From positions 8,920 to 72,919 of the forward strand of contig JAKAHY010000002.1 in NCBI GenBank assembly GCA_021814695.1: a stretch of 64,000 nt of DNA, given 5' to 3'. The notes under the pieces were generated by a model that did not search any database, was not told where the DNA came from, and saw only the letters and a program-made list of their open reading frames with translations. Source of the stretch: a bacterium (lineage in GTDB: Bacteria > Patescibacteriota > Minisyncoccia > UBA6257 > JAGOQP01). Positions 58,156 through 64,000 of the stretch are shown here, piece by piece; position 1 is the stretch's first letter; each line of letters opens with the position of its first letter. Both the position numbers and the translations under genes were made by a program.

Positions 58156-58719
58156 ATGGCAGATTTAAATACAACAGTAAATCGAGCGCGAGCGGCAGGA
58201 GCGGCATCCGCCGGTTTTCCTTGGCGGCTTTTAATTATATCTTTCGTTGTGTTCGGGCTGACGATTCTTGTCTGGGCCGGAATTCAATTTGGATACATTC
58301 CGTTTTTGAATTCCCAGTTATCGAACGCTATGGCTAATTTTAATTCCCTTTCCGGAAAAATCAGCGAGCAACAGCAGAAAGACCTGACCGGTTTTTATTC
58401 TCAGCTCTATAATATTCAGTCTTTGCAAGCGTCACATATTTATTCCGCGAAACTGTTTGATTTTTTGGAGAAAAATATTTATCCCAACGTTGTTTTAACC
58501 AGTTTTCAGGCGAGCCTTACCGGAGGAAGTATCCGTTTTGATGGAATTGCTTCCGACTACTCTACCCTAACTAACGAGCTGGCAATACTTAAATCCGATC
58601 CGAACGTAACTTTGGTAACGCTGGATTCGTCGCGCCAAAAAGATGTTAAAGAAGGAGGGGGAGTGGCATTTACAATAAGCGTATCCATTTCGCCAAAATT
58701 ATTTGATTCCGCCCAATAA
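58156..58719 (+). CDS. pilN: PilN-like pilus assembly protein
   Basis: It is a single-TM protein of PilN size and position, between pilM and pilO. The call rests on context and topology only. Confidence 0.6.
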   Translation: MADLNTTVNRARAAGAASAGFPWRLLIISFVVFGLTILVWAGIQFGYIPFLNSQLSNAMANFNSLSGKISEQQQKDLTGFYSQLYNIQSLQASHIYSAKLFDFLEKNIYPNVVLTSFQASLTGGSIRFDGIASDYSTLTNELAILKSDPNVTLVTLDSSRQKDVKEGGGVAFTISVSISPKLFDSAQ

Positions 58720-58720
58720 T

Positions 58721-59305
58721 ATGAAAACAAGCTCCAGAAGAATTCTATTTGTCATATTATCTCTAACCTTGGTTATTGCGGCTGCTTTTGTATATTCCTC
58801 TTTTATTTCTCCGGCCTATGACAATGTCATGACTTTAAGAAGCCAAATTGCGTCCCAGAACTCCGTTATTCAGAGATTCCAGATTACATTCGGAAAGGTG
58901 CAAAAACTTTTATCGGATCTTCAGACCGCTCCGGATGTCCAAAAACAGGTATCTCTGATTCTCCCGACGTCCCGTGACGTGAGTTATTTGGTCGGCCAGA
59001 TTTCAGGACTTGCCGAAGCAAACGGAATGACGCTTTCGCTTCTTTCAACAAATGTTCTTCCGGTTCAGCCGGCACAATCCAAAGTTATTCAGTCTGTGGG
59101 AAAATTGCGAGCGGATATCAAGTTGAACGGAAGTTATGCCGGATTCAAATCTTTTCTGAGGCAATTGCAATCAAATATTCTTCTGCTTGATGTGACGGAT
59201 ATTAAAATAGACAGCAGCGTGGTCAGTGGCACTACCGGTAGGGCCGGCTCAACATCTTTATCGTATTCCATATCTGTAAATAGTTATTATCAAACGAGTC
59301 AATAA
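58721..59305 (+). CDS. pilO: PilO-like pilus assembly protein
   Basis: It has an N-terminal TM segment, a coiled coil and a C-terminal alpha/beta domain. I prefer the start at ATG 58721, just after the pilN stop. Confidence 0.6.
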   Translation: MKTSSRRILFVILSLTLVIAAAFVYSSFISPAYDNVMTLRSQIASQNSVIQRFQITFGKVQKLLSDLQTAPDVQKQVSLILPTSRDVSYLVGQISGLAEANGMTLSLLSTNVLPVQPAQSKVIQSVGKLRADIKLNGSYAGFKSFLRQLQSNILLLDVTDIKIDSSVVSGTTGRAGSTSLSYSISVNSYYQTSQ

Positions 59306-59308
59306 TTT

Positions 59309-59605
59309 ATGGCAATTTTTATTGAAGAAGAAAAAAAGGGAGGTGGCAGGTGGTTTGGTTTCGGGATAATATTTATTTCCCTCATAATTGTTGGGGCAGC
59401 GGTTTATTATCTGTTTTTTGTACAGACTCAATTATTCAACGTAGTCCTTCCGATAAAACTTCAATCCATTGACGAACTGACAAAGATCGCGAATTTTGAC
59501 CCTCAGACGGTTATCAACAGCGATTTTTATAAAAGTCTAAGACAGGTGATTCCGCCGCCGAGTCCTCCTCCGGCCGGCAACGCATCCCCATTTAATGTTT
59601 TTTAG
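59309..59605 (+). CDS. Small single-TM protein in the pilus operon, unknown function
   Basis: It has a TM segment (FGFGIIFISLIIVGAAVYYLFF) and a proline-rich C-terminus PPPSPPPAGNASPFNVF. Confidence 0.55.
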   Translation: MAIFIEEEKKGGGRWFGFGIIFISLIIVGAAVYYLFFVQTQLFNVVLPIKLQSIDELTKIANFDPQTVINSDFYKSLRQVIPPPSPPPAGNASPFNVF

Positions 59606-59607
59606 AT

Positions 59608-61344
59608 ATGGAGAACAAAGTTCTCATTGACAAGTTAATTGCATCGGGCGCACTGAGTCAGGATAACGGGCAGAAGCTTCTTCAAGAAGCTTCTTTTGCC
59701 AAACGACCAGTGGAAGAACTCATGTACGAAAGGAGAATTATTCCCGAACAAGCGCTGATGGATGCAAAGAGCCAGCTTCTTAAAGCGCCGTATAAAAAAA
59801 TTGACCCGCAGTCTATTACCGACCAAGTTTTGAAAACAATTCCGGAAACTACCGTAAGAAATTTTAAAGTTGTTCCGATTGAGTTAAAAGAAGATCTGTT
59901 AGTTGTCGGTATGGTTAATCCCGACGATGAGAAGGCCCAGGATGCGCTAAAATTCATAGCCAGGCAACTGAGGGTGAATCTTGGAATATATCTTATTCCC
60001 ATGTCTTTGTGGGACACGATCCTGAGAAGATATTCTCCATACCGGAGTGAAGTTGAAGCGGCAGTGAAATCTATTTCGGCTTTTGGTAAAAAAATGACGC
60101 CGGCATCCCAGATTGTTCAATTGGAAGCTGGCCAGACCGGAGCGGAAGATGCTCCAATCATCCGCATAGTGGCATCAACTTTAAAAGAAGCGGTTTTTGA
60201 GCAGGCGTCAGATATACATATAGAGCCTCAGCGTAATCGACTGCGTATTCGTTTCAGGCTTGATGGGGAATTGAGGGAAGTGGCCTCAATGCCTCTTGAG
60301 CTTTATCAGCCAATCGTTTCGCGCATAAAAGTCCTTTCGGATTTGAAAATAGACGAGACTCGTGTTCCTCAAGATGGGCGCTTTAGGACAATGTTAATGG
60401 GAAGGGATATAGACTTTCGTGTTGCGACATTTCCGACTCCGGTAGGGGAAAAAGTAGCAATACGTGTTTTGGACCCGACTGTCGGGCTGAAGGGGCTTAA
60501 GGAGCTGGGGCTTATGGGAAGAAATTTGGATATTATTCAGCAGGGAATAGAAAAGCCTTACGGCATGGTACTTATCACCGGACCAACCGGTTCGGGTAAA
60601 ACAACGACGCTGTATGCTTTGATGCAGGGACTTAACAACGATTCGGTTAATATCGTCAGCTTGGAAGATCCTGTGGAATATTATATGGACGGATTAAACC
60701 AGTCCCAAGTACACCCCGAAATAGGATACGACTTTGCTTCCGGACTCAGACAGATTCTAAGACAAGATCCCGATATTATTATGGTCGGTGAAATTCGCGA
60801 TAATGAAACTGCGGCACTGGCCGTTCATGCGGCTCTGACCGGACACATTGTTCTATCGACGCTGCACACCAATAACGCAGTCGGAGTTATTCCTCGTCTT
60901 TTGGATATGAAAGTCGATTCATTCCTTATCCCGGCATCGCTAAACTTGATGGTTGGCCAGCGCCTGATTCCAAAACTTTGCCAGCAATGCAAAGAAGAGA
61001 AGCAACTCACTCCGGATTTAACCAGAGAAATGGAAGCTACTCTTAAGGAAATATCCGAAGAGGACAAAAAATCTTTTGGTATAGAAGCTCCTTATAAAGT
61101 TTACGAATCCAAGGGTTGCTCCGCGTGTAAGGGCAAAGGAATTTCCGGACGTATAGCAATGTTTGAAATATTAAGAATGACTCGGGAATTGGCGGAAGTC
61201 ATCAGTCGTAAGGGAACCGAGGGCGATATTGTTAAGGAGGCGGAGCGACAACATATGATTACTTTGCGCCAGGATGGGGTGATGAAGGCGGTTAAAGGTT
61301 TGGTATCTTTGGAAACCGTTCTTCGTGAAACGGAATTGATGTAA
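59608..61344 (+). CDS. pilB: Type IV pilus assembly ATPase PilB (GspE family)
   Basis: It has a T2SSE N-terminal domain, the Walker A motif GPTGSGKTTT, RQDPDIIMVGEIRD, TGHIVLSTLHTN and CxxC...CxxC. Confidence 0.92.
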   Translation: MENKVLIDKLIASGALSQDNGQKLLQEASFAKRPVEELMYERRIIPEQALMDAKSQLLKAPYKKIDPQSITDQVLKTIPETTVRNFKVVPIELKEDLLVVGMVNPDDEKAQDALKFIARQLRVNLGIYLIPMSLWDTILRRYSPYRSEVEAAVKSISAFGKKMTPASQIVQLEAGQTGAEDAPIIRIVASTLKEAVFEQASDIHIEPQRNRLRIRFRLDGELREVASMPLELYQPIVSRIKVLSDLKIDETRVPQDGRFRTMLMGRDIDFRVATFPTPVGEKVAIRVLDPTVGLKGLKELGLMGRNLDIIQQGIEKPYGMVLITGPTGSGKTTTLYALMQGLNNDSVNIVSLEDPVEYYMDGLNQSQVHPEIGYDFASGLRQILRQDPDIIMVGEIRDNETAALAVHAALTGHIVLSTLHTNNAVGVIPRLLDMKVDSFLIPASLNLMVGQRLIPKLCQQCKEEKQLTPDLTREMEATLKEISEEDKKSFGIEAPYKVYESKGCSACKGKGISGRIAMFEILRMTRELAEVISRKGTEGDIVKEAERQHMITLRQDGVMKAVKGLVSLETVLRETELM

Positions 61345-61382
61345 ATTAGCCAATAAATATTCGATAAGTTATACTTAAATAT

Positions 61383-62453
61383 ATGACTGACTACAAACAG
61401 AAACTGAACGATCTTTTGTTGATGTGCGCCAAACAAGATGCTTCCGACCTGCATATTGCCGTTGGGCGCCACCCGACTTTGCGTATAGACGGAGCATTGG
61501 TTCCGCTGACAAAAGAATTAATATTGACACCCCAGGATGCCGAAGGCCTTGTTTTGGCTTTATTGACCGAATCTCAGAAGGGCGAACTTGCCTTGAAAAA
61601 ACAAGTCGACTTTTCTTATTCCTATGAAGACAAAGCGCGGTTCAGGGTAAATACTTATTATCAGCGCGGATATATGGCTGCGGCTTTGCGTTTAATTCCG
61701 GCCCAAATCAGAACAATTGAGGAACTTAAATTACCTCCGATACTGCATGATTTTGCCAATCTGTCACAGGGATTCGTGCTTGTTGTGGGTCCGGCGGGAC
61801 ACGGCAAGTCAACGACGCTGGCCGCCGTTTTGGATGAGGTAAACCATAATCGCACGGAACACATTGTCACCATTGAAGATCCGATAGAATATATTTTCGT
61901 TCAGGATAAAAGTATCGTTTCCCAAAGAGAGGTGCGGACCGATGCTATGGATTTTTCGCAGGCATTGAGATCGCTTCTCAGACAGGACCCGGACGTAGTT
62001 ATGATAGGAGAAATGCGCGATACGGAATCTATTGCAACTGCCTTAACCGCAGCCGAAACCGGACACTTGGTTCTTTCAACTCTTCACACCAACTCCGCTT
62101 CTCAAACAATCGACAGAATCATAGACAGCTTTCCGGCCGAACAGCAAAGTCAGATAGCTTCTCAACTTGCGGCAACGCTTGTGGGAATCGTTTCCGAGCG
62201 TCTTATTCCACGAATCGAAGGAGGCCGTGTTCCGACTTGTGAAATTATGATAGCCAATCCGGCCATAAGAAATTTAATTCGGGAAAGAAAAACCTATCAG
62301 ATAGATTTGGTTATAGAAACTAATGCTCAAGAAGGAATGATCACGCTCAATCGTTCGTTGGCGGATTTGGTGCGCCGCAGGGAAATAAGCTTGGAAAATG
62401 CCGAGTTGTACTCTCTCAATCCTTCCGAGTTAAGAATCCTTTTGGAAAAATAA
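61383..62453 (+). CDS. pilT: Twitching-motility (retraction) ATPase PilT
   Basis: It has ASDLHI, GPAGHGKSTT, RQDPDVVMIGEMRD, TGHLVLSTLHT and AIRNLIRE. Confidence 0.92.
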   Translation: MTDYKQKLNDLLLMCAKQDASDLHIAVGRHPTLRIDGALVPLTKELILTPQDAEGLVLALLTESQKGELALKKQVDFSYSYEDKARFRVNTYYQRGYMAAALRLIPAQIRTIEELKLPPILHDFANLSQGFVLVVGPAGHGKSTTLAAVLDEVNHNRTEHIVTIEDPIEYIFVQDKSIVSQREVRTDAMDFSQALRSLLRQDPDVVMIGEMRDTESIATALTAAETGHLVLSTLHTNSASQTIDRIIDSFPAEQQSQIASQLAATLVGIVSERLIPRIEGGRVPTCEIMIANPAIRNLIRERKTYQIDLVIETNAQEGMITLNRSLADLVRRREISLENAELYSLNPSELRILLEK

Positions 62454-62459
62454 ATAGAA

Positions 62460-63674
62460 ATGAAGTTCAAATATCAAGCCAGAAATAAAACAGGGGAATT
62501 ACAGGTGGGATTTGTTGAGGCTACCACGAGAGATGCGGCTTCCAACACCCTTACTTCCCATGACCTCTACGTTCTTAGCATTGAATCGGCGGAGAAAAAG
62601 AGCGTCTTTGACGCACTAACCAAAGTTTTCAAGAGAGTAAAAACAAAAGACCTGATGATATTTACCAGACAGCTGGCGACTCTTTTGGAATCCCAAATGC
62701 CTCTTAATAATGCACTGCAATCTTTGTATCAGCAGACTAATAACGAAACACTCAAAGAGTCGGTTTTTTTGATACTTCAGGACGTAGAAGCGGGACTTTC
62801 TTTGTCACAAGCTCTTGAGAGGCAGCGGCCGATATTTTCCGAATTTTATGTGAGCATGGTACGTTCGGCCGAAGTCACCGGACGTCTTGAGGAGGCGATG
62901 ACTTTTTTGGCTTATTACATAGAACGCGAAGCTAAATGGAAAGGAAAAATCGGCAATGCTCTTATTTATCCGGCAGTTCTTTTGGGTATGTTTGTCATAG
63001 TTGCCGGAATTATGGTTGCGGTGGTATTTCCTAAAATTCAGCCTGTTTTTACCGAAAGCAATGTCCAGCTTCCGTTTGTCACCCAGGCTTTAATGTCCGG
63101 GGGACAGTTAATTAGCAATTGGTGGTGGTTGGTGATTTTGGTTATGGCGGGCATAGTTTTTATTATCGTCGACTATCTTAGGAGCAATGAAGGAAAGGCG
63201 GTGGGCAACCAGCTGATATTGGTCATCCCCGTATTTGGAGAGCTTTTTAAAAAAATATATATCGCCCGTTTTTGCCAATCCCTTAGCGTTTTAATCAAAG
63301 GAGGCATTCCCATAACTCAGGCAATCGAAATAGCATCTTCTACTATTAACAACGTTATATACGAAGAAGTATTAAAACAAATAGCCGAAGGCGTCAGAGG
63401 TGGCGCGCTGTTTTCCCAGCTTCTGGGGGACAACATTAAATATTTTCCGATAATGGTCAGTCAAATGGCGGCAGTAGGAGAAACTACCGGCAGAGTGGAC
63501 GAAATGATGAATAAAATCGCGGATTTTTATGACAGCGAAGTAAACGATATGATGGCCAATCTTTCGGAATTAATTCAACCTATTTTAATTCTTATTATCG
63601 GCGTATTAATTGCCCTGCTATTTGCCGCCATTCTTCTTCCTATTTACAATATGGCCCAAACATTTAAAATATAA
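62460..63674 (+). CDS. pilC: Type IV pilus platform protein PilC (GspF family)
   Basis: The protein is 404 aa with two GspF repeats (FTRQLATLLESQMPL, FCQSLSVLIKGGIPI) and 3 TM segments. Confidence 0.92.
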   Translation: MKFKYQARNKTGELQVGFVEATTRDAASNTLTSHDLYVLSIESAEKKSVFDALTKVFKRVKTKDLMIFTRQLATLLESQMPLNNALQSLYQQTNNETLKESVFLILQDVEAGLSLSQALERQRPIFSEFYVSMVRSAEVTGRLEEAMTFLAYYIEREAKWKGKIGNALIYPAVLLGMFVIVAGIMVAVVFPKIQPVFTESNVQLPFVTQALMSGGQLISNWWWLVILVMAGIVFIIVDYLRSNEGKAVGNQLILVIPVFGELFKKIYIARFCQSLSVLIKGGIPITQAIEIASSTINNVIYEEVLKQIAEGVRGGALFSQLLGDNIKYFPIMVSQMAAVGETTGRVDEMMNKIADFYDSEVNDMMANLSELIQPILILIIGVLIALLFAAILLPIYNMAQTFKI

Positions 63675-63699
63675 TTATAAATTTATAAATAAAATAAGT

Positions 63700-64000
63700 A
63701 TGAAAAAAATATTTTTATCGGCATCGGGATTCACTTTGATCGAAATGATGGTCGTTATCGCAATTATCGCAATTTTGGCGTCCATCTTCCTGGTGGGACT
63801 GGGAGGATTTAGAAGCAGCGCTTACGACACCAGAAGGATTTCCGACTTACAACACGTCCAAAGCTATCTTGAGCTTTATTATAATAGCGCTCATCATTAT
63901 CCGTCATCTGTGGACTATACGGCTCTTGGCACGGATTTGATTGGGGCCGGAATTGGAGTTACGGCATTGCCTCAAGATCCTCAATACAGTAATGGAACCG
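63700..64000 (+). CDS. Type IV pilin (prepilin); the 3' end lies outside the window
   Basis: MKKIFLSASG/FTLIEMMVVIAIIAILASI is a class III signal with G-1 and E+5. Confidence 0.9.
   Translation, partial: MKKIFLSASGFTLIEMMVVIAIIAILASIFLVGLGGFRSSAYDTRRISDLQHVQSYLELYYNSAHHYPSSVDYTALGTDLIGAGIGVTALPQDPQYSNGT

Overview
The window is AT-rich, gene-dense and mostly monocistronic. It has tight TGnTATAAT-type promoters and long-stem terminators. By inference only, the content fits a small-genome Patescibacteria/CPR-like bacterium. That content is a reduced core (infC-rpmI-rplT, smpB+tmRNA, ileS, ruvB, ppsA-eno, gpmI, RNase Y, HU, CCA-adding enzyme, MurI), many secreted or membrane proteins of unknown function, and a type IV pilus/competence cluster (comFC, pilMNO-pilB-pilT-pilC-pilin) plus a second PilB/GspE fragment at nt 1. 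There is also an ArsR-headed metal/oxyanion cluster (CDF, ChrA, ArsP-like permease, Zn/Mn-type ABC importer). I find 8 tRNAs and a tmRNA, and no rRNA, CRISPR array, transposase or integrase. The most unusual signal is that 7 of these 9 tRNA-type genes are followed by a second copy of their own last ~17-20 nt (T-loop end, T-stem 3' strand, acceptor 3' strand). In six cases the duplicate is the 3' cap of a conserved ~120-140 nt element whose two hairpins keep pairing while changing sequence. At the tmRNA, the duplicated ends bracket a ~400-bp unit that encodes only a minimal GIY-YIG nuclease. Other points worth follow-up are listed below.
- IleRS carries an apparently intact histidine-phosphatase domain inserted in its Zn-ribbon region.
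- Three tandem LVIVD-repeat surface-protein paralogues share a promoter and a conserved non-transmembrane C-terminal tail, and a fourth secreted protein has a related promoter and tail.
- Two tiny genes with very high GC3 have native-looking promoters and terminators.
- Identical GC-rich palindromes sit in frame in ileS and a CsaA-like gene.
- A 583-aa protein is built from two kinds of Cys repeat.
- A GC-shifted NUDIX / cytidine-deaminase / HIT stretch is interleaved with tRNAs.
All product calls rest on motifs read by eye from the translations; no database search was run.
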